A DNA stretch of 62,196 nt from Desulfurivibrionaceae bacterium (GTDB lineage Bacteria > Desulfobacterota > Desulfobulbia > Desulfobulbales > SURF-16). The notes under the pieces were generated by a model that searched no databases, had not been told where the DNA came from, and saw nothing but the letters and a program-made list of their open reading frames with translations. Positions 50,661 through 61,588 of the stretch are shown here, piece by piece (position 1 is the stretch's first letter; every line of letters starts with the position of its first letter). The stretch is taken from positions 1 through 62,196 of the forward strand of contig JAVLBA010000006.1 of the NCBI GenBank assembly GCA_031581485.1, given 5' to 3'. The position numbers were made by a program, and so were the translations under genes.

Positions 50661-52142
50661 ATGAGTACTGAGCTTAAAAGAATAATTGACCAAATCAGCC
50701 GCGATAAAGGCTTTGATCGTTCTATCCTTGTTGAGGCCCTTGAGGCAGCGGTGCTTTCTGCAGCCCATAAGAAGTTTGGTTCTCGTCGGGATCTCGATGT
50801 CCGCTTTAACGAGGAACTGGGTGAGGTTGAACTTTTTCAGTTCCGTACCGTGGTGGAGAAGGTCTTGGACGAGCAGACCGAGGTCTCCGTGGAGGAGGCG
50901 GTGAGTCTTGACCCTGAAGTCGAACTTGGCGATGAGCTCGGCTCAAAGATGGAGGATGTGGGTGATCTCGGCCGTATTGCCGCCCAGTCCGCCAAACAGG
51001 TCATTATTCAGAAGATGCGTGATGCCGAACGTGATGTCATCTATGAGATGTACAAAAACCGGGAAGGCGATATCATCAACGGTATTGTGCAGCGTTTTGA
51101 GAGGGGCAATATGATTGTCAATCTCGGCCGCACCGATGCGGTGCTGCCCAAAAGCGAAATGATGCCCAGAAGATCCTATCGCCAGGGTGACAGGGTTCGG
51201 GCCTTATTGATCGAGGTTCGGGAGTCGGCCCGTGATTATCAGCTCATTCTCTCCAGGACCAGCGATCAGTTTCTTGTCAAACTCTTTACCGTCGAGGTGC
51301 CTGAGATCAGCGAGGGTATAGTCAAGATTATCCATGCCGTCCGGGAACCAGGCATGCGGGCCAAGATCGCGGTGGTCTCTTCTGAGACCGATGTTGATCC
51401 TGTGGGCGCCTGTGTGGGGATGAAGGGGTCTCGAGTCCAGAATGTTGTCCAGGAATTACAGGGGGAGAAGATCGACATCGTGCCCTGGAGTCCTGATCCT
51501 GCCAAGTTTGTCTCCAATGCCCTGTCGCCGGCTCAGGTCTCCATGGTCCTGGTGGATGAGGATCGTAAGGCCCTGACCGTTATCGTGCCTGATGACCAGC
51601 TTTCCCTTGCCATCGGCAGGGGTGGGCAGAATGTGCGTCTTGCCTCCCTGCTTCTGGGCTGGAAAATTGATGTGAAGAGCGAATCGCGCTATGCTAAAAT
51701 GGCCGCAGTTGGTTTCCAGACCCTGATGATGGTGCCTGGGCTGAGTGATAAACATGCTGAAATGCTTTTCGATTACGGCATCGATCATATTGTGGAACTT
51801 ATCAAGGCAGAGCCGGAAACCGTTGCCACGGTGCTCAAATGTGATGTTGAGCAGGCCGGGGCGGTCATTGCGGCGGCCGCTGAAGTCGATATCTCTGGGC
51901 TGGCTGAAATTGCCGATGAAGCGGATGAAGCCGAGGAAGCGGAGTCTTTAACGGAGGAGGCCCCATCGCCTGCTGAGGCGCCCGGTCCGGTGACGGAGCA
52001 AGCTGGTGAAGTGGTTGAAGAACCGGAAGAGGAAAAGCCTGTTGATGCCCAAGCCGAGGTGCCTGCAGGTGATAATCCAGATGTCGAGGCCGTAACAGGT
52101 GGCAGCCAAGAGCAGGGTGATGATCAGGAAACCGGCCAGTAA
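50661..52142 (+). CDS. nusA: Transcription elongation factor NusA
   Basis: GRIAAQSAKQ, EVPEI, DPVGACVG..GSRV, SLAIGRGGQNVRLA. Confidence 0.98.
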   Translation: MSTELKRIIDQISRDKGFDRSILVEALEAAVLSAAHKKFGSRRDLDVRFNEELGEVELFQFRTVVEKVLDEQTEVSVEEAVSLDPEVELGDELGSKMEDVGDLGRIAAQSAKQVIIQKMRDAERDVIYEMYKNREGDIINGIVQRFERGNMIVNLGRTDAVLPKSEMMPRRSYRQGDRVRALLIEVRESARDYQLILSRTSDQFLVKLFTVEVPEISEGIVKIIHAVREPGMRAKIAVVSSETDVDPVGACVGMKGSRVQNVVQELQGEKIDIVPWSPDPAKFVSNALSPAQVSMVLVDEDRKALTVIVPDDQLSLAIGRGGQNVRLASLLLGWKIDVKSESRYAKMAAVGFQTLMMVPGLSDKHAEMLFDYGIDHIVELIKAEPETVATVLKCDVEQAGAVIAAAAEVDISGLAEIADEADEAEEAESLTEEAPSPAEAPGPVTEQAGEVVEEPEEEKPVDAQAEVPAGDNPDVEAVTGGSQEQGDDQETGQ

Positions 52143-52143
52143 G

Positions 52144-52389
52144 GTGAAATTTCCGTCCGGACCGATCAGGACGTGCGTGATTTGCCGGCACAAGATGCCC
52201 AAAAAAGAGCTGCAACGGTTTACCCCTCCAGATCATGTGGATGGCAACGAAAGCAAGGGGCGCGGGGCCTATGTCTGCACAGGACATGATTCTGTACAGA
52301 TTGACAAAAATATAAAAAAATTAGCCAGGGCATTACGATGTGATGCCAAGGCCTTGCATATTCATTTGAAGGGCAAGATCAGGAGTTGA
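52144..52389 (+). CDS. ylxR: YlxR/RnpM (DUF448) family protein
   Basis: PIRTCVICR, KKELQR, GRGAYVC, LARALR; between nusA and infB; start uncertain (52120 or 52144). Confidence 0.85.
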   Translation: MKFPSGPIRTCVICRHKMPKKELQRFTPPDHVDGNESKGRGAYVCTGHDSVQIDKNIKKLARALRCDAKALHIHLKGKIRS

Positions 52390-52392
52390 GTA

Positions 52393-55074
52393 ATGAGAAA
52401 AATCAGAGTTTACGAGTTGGCAAAAGAAGCTGGTATGGACAGCAAGGACTTGACTGCCAAACTCATTGAAATGGGCTACAGCGTCAAGGCCTATAATTCG
52501 ACTCTTGATGACGACACTGCCGATGACATACGCAGAAAACTCGGTTTTGTTAAAGTTGATGTCGAAGAGACCCGCATCCAAAGTAAGGGCCACACGACTA
52601 TTATCAGAAGACGGTCCAAGGTGGTTCCTGAGGCACCTGTTGCCGAGGAGTTGCCTGAGGAAGAAGGCCTGGCTGCTGCTGCCGAGGAGATCCCTGCGGC
52701 GGAAGGAGAGGCCCCGGAGCCCACCGAGGTGGTAGAGCCGGCAATTACCGAGACGCCGGAGACCTTGGCTGAGGAAGCTGAAGTTGCAGAGGCTGCCCAG
52801 GAACCGGAAGAGGCTGAAGAAAAAGCGCCCGAGGCTGCTACTCCTGCTCCGCCTCCTGAAACAGAGGCCGAGAGTGCCCAGGAGGTAACCCCTGCTGAGG
52901 ATACCAAGGGTGCTGAGGTTAAGAAGGAAGTTGCCCGGCCTCAAAACAATGGCTATGCCAAAATCGTTGGCCAGGCAGTTCTTCCCATTCAACAGGATGT
53001 CCCGGCCCGGCGCCCCAAGAAACCCGTGGAAAGGGCGCGGCCCAAACCCGGTGTCGGTGGTCCGCCCCCCCAGGAGCCGGCCGGCGATCAAGGCAAGAAG
53101 GGCAAGAAGGGTAAACGTCTTGTGAAATTCGCCACCGATACGGACCGCGTCCGCAAGGGTGCCGGCCTTCGTGGCAAAGGGCAGGGTGTTGTTGATGCTT
53201 CGGAGCTGGGAGCCTATGCTGGGCGGCTCTCCGCCAAGGTCAGGGTGGGGCGAGGTCCCCGTGGCTCCAGAAAGGGCAAACGTCGCGAGGTGGAGTCCTC
53301 CACCATTGAGATGAAGGCCAGCAAGAAAAAAATCTCCATGCTGGAAGCCATTTCTGTTGGTGATCTGGCCCATAAGCTGGGCGTTAAATCCCGCGAGCTT
53401 ATTGGTCAGCTCATGGCCATGGGTGTCATGGCCACCGTTAATCAGGCCATTGATTTTGATACTGCCAATCTGATAGCCAACGAGTTCGGCTATGAAGTAG
53501 AGAAAAGAATGACGGATGAGCAGTCTGTCCTTGATCTCCAGGTGGAACAGGGCGGTGGTGAGGAACTTCCCCGGCCCCCTGTGGTGACGGTTATGGGGCA
53601 TGTTGACCATGGTAAGACTTCCATCCTTGATGCCATCCGTAAGACCGATGTGGCGGCTGGGGAGGCAGGGGGGATTACCCAGCATATCGGGGCCCATTAT
53701 GTCCGTTCTCCCCAGGGAGATCTCGTCTTCCTGGATACCCCCGGCCATGCGGCCTTTACGGAAATGCGGTCCCGCGGGGCCCAGATCACGGATATCGTTG
53801 TCCTGGTGGTTGCCGCTGATGATGGTGTCATGGGACAGACCAGGGAGGCCATTAATCATGCCAAGGCGGCCGGGGTTCCCATCCTGGTGGCCGTGAATAA
53901 GATTGATAGAGAAAATGCCGATGTCATGCGGGTCATGAGTGAACTCTCTGAATTTGAGTTGATTCCTGAAGAGTGGGGTGGCTCAACTATCTTCTGCCAG
54001 ACATCTGCCAAGTCGGGCGAAGGTATTGAGGAGCTGGTTGAAAGCATTCTTCTGCAGACCGAAGTGCTGGAGCTGAAGGCCGATCCCGCTCGAAACGCCA
54101 TGGGTCATGTTGTTGAGGCCCAGCTTCACAAGGGCCGCGGCCCCCTGGCCACCATTCTTGTCCAGCAGGGCACCCTGCGCATTGGCGACTTCTTTGTGGC
54201 CGGCGATTTCCATGGCAAGGTCCGTTCCATGCGTGACGACAAGGGTAAGCCCATCACCGAGGCGGGACCAGCCACCCCTGTTGAGGTAGGCGGCCTTGCC
54301 GGCGTACCCATGGCTGGCGATGAGTTTGTTGTGGTCACGGATGAGAAGATGGCCAAGAATGTTGCTCAGCAACGGCAGATGCGCAAGCGGGAGATTGATC
54401 TGGCCAGTGTCACCAAGGTTTCTCTTGATAACCTCTTTGCGAAACTGCAGGAGGGGGCGATGAAGGAAATCCGTCTTCTGCTCCGCTCCGATGTACAGGG
54501 TACCCTTGAGGCCTTTGCCAAGGCGGTAGAAAAACTGGGCACCGAAGAGATCAAGGTGAAGATCCTCCACTCCGGCACCGGCACCATCACCATGAGTGAT
54601 GTCCTGCTGGCTGCCGCCTCCGATGCCTTGATTATCGGCTTTAATGTCCGGCCTTCCGCGCAGGTTACTGAACTGGCCAAGAAGGAAGCCGTGGATCTGC
54701 GGACCTATGATGTCATCTACCATGCCTTGGAGGATATTGAGTCTGCCATGGTGGGTATGCTTGAACCGGCCTATGAGGAAGAGATTATCGGTTCTGCCGA
54801 GGTGCGCGAGGTTTTCAGTGCACCTAAGATCGGCAATATTGGCGGCTGTATGGTGATCTCCGGTCGGATAGAGCGGCATGCCGGTGTCCGCGTGATTCGA
54901 GACGGGATCGTGGTCTATACCGGGCAGGTTGCCTCCTTGCGCCGGGTGAAGGATGACGTGAAAGAGGTGCAGAACGGCTACGAGTGCGGTGTTCGTCTTG
55001 AGAAATTCAATGACTACAAGCTGGGTGATATCATCGAGGCCTTTGTTATGCATGAGGTGGCACGTACCCTGTAG
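52393..55074 (+). CDS. infB: Translation initiation factor IF-2
   Basis: [33 protein letters not shown]. Confidence 0.98.
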   Translation: MRKIRVYELAKEAGMDSKDLTAKLIEMGYSVKAYNSTLDDDTADDIRRKLGFVKVDVEETRIQSKGHTTIIRRRSKVVPEAPVAEELPEEEGLAAAAEEIPAAEGEAPEPTEVVEPAITETPETLAEEAEVAEAAQEPEEAEEKAPEAATPAPPPETEAESAQEVTPAEDTKGAEVKKEVARPQNNGYAKIVGQAVLPIQQDVPARRPKKPVERARPKPGVGGPPPQEPAGDQGKKGKKGKRLVKFATDTDRVRKGAGLRGKGQGVVDASELGAYAGRLSAKVRVGRGPRGSRKGKRREVESSTIEMKASKKKISMLEAISVGDLAHKLGVKSRELIGQLMAMGVMATVNQAIDFDTANLIANEFGYEVEKRMTDEQSVLDLQVEQGGGEELPRPPVVTVMGHVDHGKTSILDAIRKTDVAAGEAGGITQHIGAHYVRSPQGDLVFLDTPGHAAFTEMRSRGAQITDIVVLVVAADDGVMGQTREAINHAKAAGVPILVAVNKIDRENADVMRVMSELSEFELIPEEWGGSTIFCQTSAKSGEGIEELVESILLQTEVLELKADPARNAMGHVVEAQLHKGRGPLATILVQQGTLRIGDFFVAGDFHGKVRSMRDDKGKPITEAGPATPVEVGGLAGVPMAGDEFVVVTDEKMAKNVAQQRQMRKREIDLASVTKVSLDNLFAKLQEGAMKEIRLLLRSDVQGTLEAFAKAVEKLGTEEIKVKILHSGTGTITMSDVLLAAASDALIIGFNVRPSAQVTELAKKEAVDLRTYDVIYHALEDIESAMVGMLEPAYEEEIIGSAEVREVFSAPKIGNIGGCMVISGRIERHAGVRVIRDGIVVYTGQVASLRRVKDDVKEVQNGYECGVRLEKFNDYKLGDIIEAFVMHEVARTL

Positions 55075-55100
55075 TTGGCATCCCGGGAAGCACGGCATGA

Positions 55101-55146
55101 AAGAAGAAAGCGCACCAGGACCTTTCCTGGTGTGCTTTCTTCTTTT
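55101..55146 (+). terminator. Stem-loop between infB and rbfA
   Basis: AAGAAGAAAGCGCACCAGG..CCTGGTGTGCTTTCTTCTTTT. Confidence 0.55.
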
Positions 55147-55183
55147 GCTGTACAAGATAAATAGAAAGAAGACAGTTGCAGAT

Positions 55184-55585
55184 ATGGCCACCAAGAAATC
55201 CCGTTATACCCTGCCCAAGGAACTGGCAGCCACTCCGAAGAGACGGCCGGCCCGGGTTGCGGATATGATCCGCAATGTGGTCGCCTCCCTGCTCCTCTTT
55301 GGCGTTAAGGATCCCCGCGTCCAGAATATTACCGTGGTCAGGGCCCGGGTCACAGATGACCTGCGCACGGCTCGGATCTTTTTTTCCTGTCCACCGGAAA
55401 AGGCGGAGGAGGCCAAGGCCGGCTTGACCTCGGCTCGCGGTTATATCCGCTCTCATCTGGCCAAGGAAATAAAATTGCGCGCTGTACCGGAACTCATCTT
55501 TGAATATGATACCAATCAGGATGAGAGCGACCATTTAACTGCTATTTTTGAGGAGATCAGAAAAGAGAATGAGTCATCCTCCTGA
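55184..55585 (+). CDS. rbfA: Ribosome-binding factor A
   Basis: R..RVA..I, KDPRV, T.DL..A, GYIR..L, PEL.F.YD. Confidence 0.96.
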   Translation: MATKKSRYTLPKELAATPKRRPARVADMIRNVVASLLLFGVKDPRVQNITVVRARVTDDLRTARIFFSCPPEKAEEAKAGLTSARGYIRSHLAKEIKLRAVPELIFEYDTNQDESDHLTAIFEEIRKENESSS

Positions 55586-56534
55586 GGAGATCATTGCGAT
55601 CCTGAAAAAAGCCAGTCGGGTGCTTATTGCCACCCATGTTTTCCCTGACGGGGACGCCCTGGGTTCGCAGCTTGCCCTGGGCTTCGCTCTGGAGGCGGCG
55701 GGCAAGGAAGTATATTTATACAGTGAAGAGCGGGTCTCCCATCTCCTCGATTTTCTGCCTGGAACCGATGGTCTCAATACCCGGTTGCCGGACCACGATA
55801 CCTTTGACTGCGCCGTGGCCCTGGACTGCGGCGACATGAGGCGTCTTGGTGACGGCGCTGAACAGCTCCTTGGCCATAAACCCTTTATTGCCATAGACCA
55901 CCATGCCGGTCATCAGACCTTTGCCGATCTTACCTGGGTGGATCAGTACCGCTCTTCAACAGGCGAGATGATCTATGACCTTCTGCGCCTCCTTGACTTT
56001 GAGATCAGCCCGGCAGCAGCATATTGTCTCTATACCGCCATTCTCACTGATACCGGTTCCTTTAAGTATGAATCCACCACCGCCCATACTCTGCGGGTGG
56101 CGGCTGATCTTCTTGATTATGGGGTCAAGCCGGCCGAGATCTGCGACCATATATTTGATAATTACAGCAAGAATAGCCTGCAGCTTCTGCAAGAGGTTTT
56201 GGGTTCGCTTTCTCTCCATGCTGATGACCGAATTGCCTTTATCAGCGTGACCCCGGAGCTGCTCCAGCGCACGGGTACCACGCCCGCCGACACCGAGCTC
56301 TTCATTAATTTCCCCAGATCCATGAAAACGGTGAAGGTGGCGGTGTTCTTGAAAAAAACAGCAGATGATCTGGTGGGTGTCTCCATGCGGGCCAAGGGCG
56401 AGGTTGATGTGGCCCAGGTGGCCCGGGATTTTGGCGGCGGCGGCCATCGCAATGCTGCCGGTTTCAAGAGCGCCCACGCCTCTCTTGCCCAAATAAAAGA
56501 GCAGCTGCTTGCCAAACTGCTTCCCCTTGTTTGA
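55569..56534 (+). CDS. nrnA: DHH-family oligoribonuclease/pAp phosphatase
   Basis: H..PDGDA.GS, DCG, IDHH, TDTGSF, GGGGH.NAAG. Confidence 0.93.
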   Translation: MSHPPEEIIAILKKASRVLIATHVFPDGDALGSQLALGFALEAAGKEVYLYSEERVSHLLDFLPGTDGLNTRLPDHDTFDCAVALDCGDMRRLGDGAEQLLGHKPFIAIDHHAGHQTFADLTWVDQYRSSTGEMIYDLLRLLDFEISPAAAYCLYTAILTDTGSFKYESTTAHTLRVAADLLDYGVKPAEICDHIFDNYSKNSLQLLQEVLGSLSLHADDRIAFISVTPELLQRTGTTPADTELFINFPRSMKTVKVAVFLKKTADDLVGVSMRAKGEVDVAQVARDFGGGGHRNAAGFKSAHASLAQIKEQLLAKLLPLV

Positions 56535-56540
56535 CCGGTT

Positions 56541-57284
56541 ATGAGTGATCTTGCCCTGACAGCAGGAGTGGTGCTGGTGGATAAGCCGGTGGGCCCCACC
56601 TCTTTCCGGATGGTCCAGCAGGTGCGACGGGCCGTGGGAATCAAAAAGGTCGGCCATGCCGGGACCCTGGATCCCTTTGCCTCAGGCCTCCTGGTGATCT
56701 GCATCAGCCGGCCTGCCACCCGCCTTATTTCACAGCTGATGGCCGGGGATAAGGAATATGTCGGCGTCATCCGCCTGGGCCAGGAAACCGATACCCTGGA
56801 TAGCCAGGGCGAGATTGTTGCCCAGCACGCGGTGCCGGTCCTTGACCGGCCAGAGATAGAGGCATGTCTGGCCTCCTTTGAAGGCCTGCAATGGCAGCAG
56901 CCGCCCCGGTTCTCTGCCCTGAAACATAAGGGCAAGCCTCTCTACTACTATGCCAGAAAGGGCATTGTCGTTGAAAAGGAACCGCGGCAAATAACCATTT
57001 CCGCGCTGGAATGTACCTACTATAACGAAGAATATTTGCATATCCGCGTTGTTTGCAGTAAAGGAACCTATATTAGAACTCTTGCCGCGGATATCGGCAG
57101 GAGCCTTGGCTGTGGGGCCTACCTCCATCAGCTGCGGCGCACCCGATCAGGCCCCTTTCATGTCAACAATGCCGTTGACGGCGCTTTACTGGCAGAGAGG
57201 GATTCGGCCGGGCAACTTCTTAGGGGGCATATGCTCTCTGTTGAGGATGCCCTGGTCACCCTGGCCGGGCCGGAGAGGGACTGA
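56541..57284 (+). CDS. truB: tRNA pseudouridine(55) synthase
   Basis: GHAGTLDPFASG, TDTLD, CSKGTYIRTL. Confidence 0.97.
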   Translation: MSDLALTAGVVLVDKPVGPTSFRMVQQVRRAVGIKKVGHAGTLDPFASGLLVICISRPATRLISQLMAGDKEYVGVIRLGQETDTLDSQGEIVAQHAVPVLDRPEIEACLASFEGLQWQQPPRFSALKHKGKPLYYYARKGIVVEKEPRQITISALECTYYNEEYLHIRVVCSKGTYIRTLAADIGRSLGCGAYLHQLRRTRSGPFHVNNAVDGALLAERDSAGQLLRGHMLSVEDALVTLAGPERD

Positions 57285-57479
57285 TACGTATTGAAAAAAA
57301 TCGATGCCGGCTGCTTCTTCGGCGGCATCTCAATGTCACATGCACCACTTAATCTAAACAAGCTGCGGGATGATGCTATAATCACCAGCGGCCTGGTTTC
57401 TGGTCTGGAATTGTGTTTATTCCCGCCTGCTGCCATGCCCGGTGATTTCCATCTCTTCATGCGGCATAAGGAGGTCATT

Positions 57480-57749
57480 ATGACCCTGGAAGCAGATCAG
57501 AAACAGGAAATCATTGCTAAATTCGGTAAAACCCCCACTGATAGCGGTTCACCGGCTGTGCAGGTTGCCCTGCTCACTGCCCGTATTACCTATCTGACGG
57601 ACCATTTCAAGACCCATAAGAAGGATCATCATTCCCGCCGCGGTCTGTTGAAACTGGTCGGTCAGCGTCGTCGTCTGCTGAAGTATATTATGCAGAAGGA
57701 TGTTACCCAGTATCGTGACCTCATTGCCCAACTCGGCATGAGGAAGTAA
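57480..57749 (+). CDS. rpsO: 30S ribosomal protein S15
   Basis: [32 protein letters not shown]; AAGGAGG RBS. Confidence 0.98.
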   Translation: MTLEADQKQEIIAKFGKTPTDSGSPAVQVALLTARITYLTDHFKTHKKDHHSRRGLLKLVGQRRRLLKYIMQKDVTQYRDLIAQLGMRK

Positions 57750-57758
57750 GTCGTTTCT

Positions 57759-57792
57759 GGGCCGGTCCCTTAAAGACCGGCCCATTTTTTTT
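57759..57792 (+). terminator. Intrinsic terminator after rpsO
   Basis: GGGCCGGTC..GACCGGCCC followed by a T run. Confidence 0.85.
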
Positions 57793-57847
57793 ATCAAGCA
57801 ACAGAAAGAGAGTACAGGGTGCTGTAAGGCCGAAAAGAAAACAGTGT

Positions 57848-57904
57848 GCCACAGAATCCAGGGCGCTTCATGGCCACGCCATGAAGCGCCCTGGGGTCTG
57901 TGGC
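57848..57904 (+). promoter_or_regulatory. Long hairpin in pnp leader (candidate RNase III site)
   Basis: GCCACAGAATCCAGGGCGCTTCATGGC-CAC-GCCATGAAGCGCCCTGGGGTCTGTGGC. Confidence 0.65.
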
Positions 57905-57943
57905 GTGTATTTAAGATCTGTAGCAAAAAATACAGGAGATTCC

Positions 57944-60028
57944 ATGTATAAAAAAGTTGAAATTGAAGTTGGCGGTCGTCCCTTGACCATTGAAACCGGC
58001 AAGATGGCCAAGCAGGCCAGCGGCGCTGTGGTGGTAACCTATGGCGAAACCGTTGTTCTGGTAACTGCCGTGGGCGCCAAAAAGCCCAAGCCTGATATCG
58101 ATTTTCTCCCCCTTACCGTTGAATATCAGGAACGTTTTTACGCAGTGGGCAAAATTCCCGGCAGTTTCTTCCGCCGCGAGATCGGCCGTCCCACCGAGAA
58201 AGAGACCCTGACCTGCCGTTTTATCGACAGGCCCTTACGGCCTCTCTTTGCGGCCGGCTATGGCTGCGAGACCCAGGTCATCGCCACGGTCCTTTCGGCC
58301 GACAAGGAAAACGATGCGGATCTGTTGGCTATGATCGGCGCCTCCGCCGCCCTCTCCATCTCGCACATCCCCTTCAACGGTCCCATTGCCGGGGTCCGGG
58401 TGGGCATGATCGATGGCGCCTATGTCATTAATCCCACCACCACCCAGCAACTGGACTCCACCCTGGATCTCATTGTCGCCGGTACCAAGAACGCCGTGGT
58501 GATGGTTGAGGGCGGCGCCCATATGCTCAGCGAGGATGTTGTCCTTGAGGGTATCTACGCGGGCCATGAGGCCCTGCAGGGCATTATTGCGGCCCAGGAA
58601 GAAATGCAGGCCGAGGTGGGTGTCACCAAGATGGTGGTAGTGGCTCCTCTGGTGGATACGGATCTGCAGAAGAAAGTGGCAGATATGGCTGCCAAGGGCA
58701 TGGAGCAGGTGATCACCACTGCCGATAAAATGGAGCGCTCTGCCGCTTTTGATGCCTTGAAGGCCGCCGTGGTTGCCAAGTTTGAAGAAGATGCTGACTT
58801 CAGTCGCCAAGGCGAGGTCAAGGGACTCTTGAAAGACCTCCAGAAGGAGATGATGCGCGCCCGCATTGTGGACAAGGGTGAGCGCATCGGCGGCCGCAAG
58901 TTTGACGAGGTCCGCGATATTGCCACTGAGGTAGGGCTGCTGCCCAGGGTCCATGGTTCGTCTCTTTTCACCCGTGGCGAGACCCAGGCCCTGGTCACCA
59001 CTACTTTGGGTTCCGGATCTGATGAACAGCGCGTGGAGACTCTGGAAGGTATGGAGTTCCGGAAGTTCATGCTCCACTATAATTTCCCCCCTTTCTGTGT
59101 GGGTGAGGCTCGTTTTATGCGCGGTCCCAGCCGCCGTGACATCGGTCACGGCGCCCTGGCCACCCGGGCCCTGGAAATGGTGCTGCCCTCTGAAGAAGAT
59201 TTTCCCTATACCATCCGTATTGTCTCCGACATCCTTGAGTCCAACGGCTCCTCGTCCATGGCCTCGGTCTGTGGCGGCTCCCTGGCCCTGATGGATGCCG
59301 GTGTGCCCATCAAGGCGCCGGTTTCCGGGGTGGCCATGGGTCTTATCAAGGATGGCGATACCGTGGTTGTTCTCACCGATATTCTCGGTGACGAGGATCA
59401 TCTGGGCGACATGGATTTCAAGGTGACCGGTACCGCAGAAGGCATCACTGCCCTGCAGATGGATATCAAGATCGAAGGCGTAACCCGTGAGATCATGACC
59501 ACCGCCCTGGCCCAGGCCAAGGATGGACGTGTCCATATCCTGACTGAGATGGCCAAGTCCCTTGCGGATGCTCGGCAAGAAATGCCGGCCCATGCCCCCA
59601 AGATTATCACCATGCAGATCAACCCTGAGAAGATCCGCGATCTCATCGGCCCTGGCGGCAAGATTATTCGCGGCCTGCAGGCAGATCTTGGTGTCAAGAT
59701 CGATGTTGATGATAGCGGCGAGGTAAAGATTTTCGCAGCAGACGGTGATATGGCCCAGAAGGCCATGGACGGCGTCAATGCGGTGACTGCCGAGGCGGAG
59801 ATTGGCAAGATCTATGACGGCGTTGTCAAGACCATTGTCGATTTCGGTGCCTTTGTGGAGATCCTTCCCGGCACGGATGGTCTTGTGCACATCTCTGAGC
59901 TCGCTCCCGAGCGGGTAGAAAAGGTGACGGATATCCTGAAGGAAGGGGATGTGGTCAAGGTCAAGGTGCTTGCCGTGGATCAGCGTGGCAAGATTCGCCT
60001 CAGTCGCAAGGCCTGTCTTGAGGAGTAA
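57944..60028 (+). CDS. pnp: Polynucleotide phosphorylase
   Basis: DFLPLTV, FFRRE, RGETQ, ESNGSSSMA, DMDFKV, KH and S1 domains. Confidence 0.98.
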   Translation: MYKKVEIEVGGRPLTIETGKMAKQASGAVVVTYGETVVLVTAVGAKKPKPDIDFLPLTVEYQERFYAVGKIPGSFFRREIGRPTEKETLTCRFIDRPLRPLFAAGYGCETQVIATVLSADKENDADLLAMIGASAALSISHIPFNGPIAGVRVGMIDGAYVINPTTTQQLDSTLDLIVAGTKNAVVMVEGGAHMLSEDVVLEGIYAGHEALQGIIAAQEEMQAEVGVTKMVVVAPLVDTDLQKKVADMAAKGMEQVITTADKMERSAAFDALKAAVVAKFEEDADFSRQGEVKGLLKDLQKEMMRARIVDKGERIGGRKFDEVRDIATEVGLLPRVHGSSLFTRGETQALVTTTLGSGSDEQRVETLEGMEFRKFMLHYNFPPFCVGEARFMRGPSRRDIGHGALATRALEMVLPSEEDFPYTIRIVSDILESNGSSSMASVCGGSLALMDAGVPIKAPVSGVAMGLIKDGDTVVVLTDILGDEDHLGDMDFKVTGTAEGITALQMDIKIEGVTREIMTTALAQAKDGRVHILTEMAKSLADARQEMPAHAPKIITMQINPEKIRDLIGPGGKIIRGLQADLGVKIDVDDSGEVKIFAADGDMAQKAMDGVNAVTAEAEIGKIYDGVVKTIVDFGAFVEILPGTDGLVHISELAPERVEKVTDILKEGDVVKVKVLAVDQRGKIRLSRKACLEE

Positions 60029-60053
60029 ATATCTGTAAGAGTATCATCGGCAC

Positions 60054-60087
60054 AAGGGCAGGGAACTATGTTCTCTGCCCTTTTTTA
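60054..60087 (+). terminator. Intrinsic terminator after pnp
   Basis: AAGGGCAGGGAAC-TAT-GTTCTCTGCCCTTTTTT. Confidence 0.85.
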
Positions 60088-60189
60088 TTGCCTGGATGTG
60101 AGCAGTTTTTGTTTAAAATCACCTGCAGAAGAAGGCTTTTTTGAGAGCCGGACTCAATGGTGCATCAATATGTCTATGTAAGGCTTAAC

Positions 60190-61434
60190 ATGTACAATAA
60201 AACCGTTTTTAGCAATGGCGTCAGGGTGGTGAGTGAAAAGATCGCCGCCACCCGCACCGTAGCCTTGGGGATCTGGGTGGATGTGGGTAGTCGCGACGAA
60301 GTGGCGGCCACCAGCGGCATCTCCCATTTTATCGAACATATGTTTTTCAAGGGCACCTCCAGCCGTTCGGTGCAGCAGGTGGCCCGGGAACTGGACAGTT
60401 TCGGCGGCATGAGCAATGCCTTTACCGCCAAGGATACCACCTGTCTCTACTCCATGGTTATGGACAGTAAATTGTCGGCCCTGGTCGAACTTTTTGCCGA
60501 TATGTTCCACCATTCCCTCTTTGCCGAGGAGGAGGTCAGTCGCGAGCGCCAGGTGATTCTGCAGGAAATTTCCATGGTGGAAGATGTGCCTGAAGAGCAG
60601 GTCCATGATATTTTTGAAGAGTGTTTCTGGGGGGACAATGCCCTGGCTCGGCCGGTGCTGGGTGACCCGCAGGTGGTGGGCCAGATGAGCGGCGCCCAGA
60701 TGTTGCGCTATATAGGATCCCATTATGCGCCAACCAAGGTGGTGATCAGTTGCGCCGGTAATGTGGATCATCAGGAACTGTGTCAGCTTTTGGAACCCCT
60801 TTGGGGAGATTTTTCAGGGGGCAGCGGCAGCCATGAGAGAGTGGCCCCCCTTCCTGAGCGGCACCTGCCCACCAGGATTGTCAGCAAGGAGTTGGAGCAG
60901 GTGCAGCTGGTCATGGGGGTCAAGGGGCTGGCCATCACCTCTGAGGAGAGGTTCGCTCTGGTCCTGTTGAATACCATCCTCGGCGGCAATATGAGTTCCC
61001 GGCTTTTCCAGGAGGTCCGGGAGAAGAGGGGGCTGGCCTATTCCATTGCCTCCTTTATTGAGTCCTATAGCGATTGCGGTTATGTGGGGGTCTCCTGCGG
61101 TGTGGCCCCCGGTTCCGTCAACGAAACCCAGGATCTCATCAGAGAGCAGCTGCTCTTCCTCGGCAGGGAGGAGCAGCTGCTCCCGGATGAGATGCGTCAC
61201 GCCCTGGATTTTACGCGAGGCAGCCTCTATCTGGCGGCGGAGAATCTTGAGTCGCGTATGGCCAGAAATGCGCGGAACGAGCTTTATTTCGGCCGGCATA
61301 TACCCCTTTCCGAGGTGGTCAGCCATTTTGAGCAGGTGTCTACTGCTGAAGTTGCGGCCTTGGCCCGCAGACTCTTTAGCGACAACCCTTGTCTCGTTAT
61401 CATGGGCCCGGTGGCAGACCATGAGGTGCGGTGA
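60190..61434 (+). CDS. M16-family (pitrilysin-like) zinc peptidase
   Basis: GSRDE, HFIEH (HxxEH), NAFT, SSRLFQEVREKRGLAY. Confidence 0.96.
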   Translation: MYNKTVFSNGVRVVSEKIAATRTVALGIWVDVGSRDEVAATSGISHFIEHMFFKGTSSRSVQQVARELDSFGGMSNAFTAKDTTCLYSMVMDSKLSALVELFADMFHHSLFAEEEVSRERQVILQEISMVEDVPEEQVHDIFEECFWGDNALARPVLGDPQVVGQMSGAQMLRYIGSHYAPTKVVISCAGNVDHQELCQLLEPLWGDFSGGSGSHERVAPLPERHLPTRIVSKELEQVQLVMGVKGLAITSEERFALVLLNTILGGNMSSRLFQEVREKRGLAYSIASFIESYSDCGYVGVSCGVAPGSVNETQDLIREQLLFLGREEQLLPDEMRHALDFTRGSLYLAAENLESRMARNARNELYFGRHIPLSEVVSHFEQVSTAEVAALARRLFSDNPCLVIMGPVADHEVR

Positions 61435-61532
61435 TCCTTTATTTTTCCAGGGCCTTCAATGGGGATTGGCGAGCAGGCGCCGCAGGAGTTGCCGAAACGC
61501 TGTTTCTTTTTTTGAGGGGTGAAGAAAAGAAC

Positions 61533-61559
61533 AAAGCCGGGATATATGTCCCGGCTTTT
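61533..61559. terminator. Possible bidirectional terminator between convergent genes
   Basis: AAAGCCGGGATATATGTCCCGGCTTTT. Confidence 0.65.
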
Positions 61560-61588
61560 CCATGGCAGAGAAAGGTCCCCTCTTTTTT

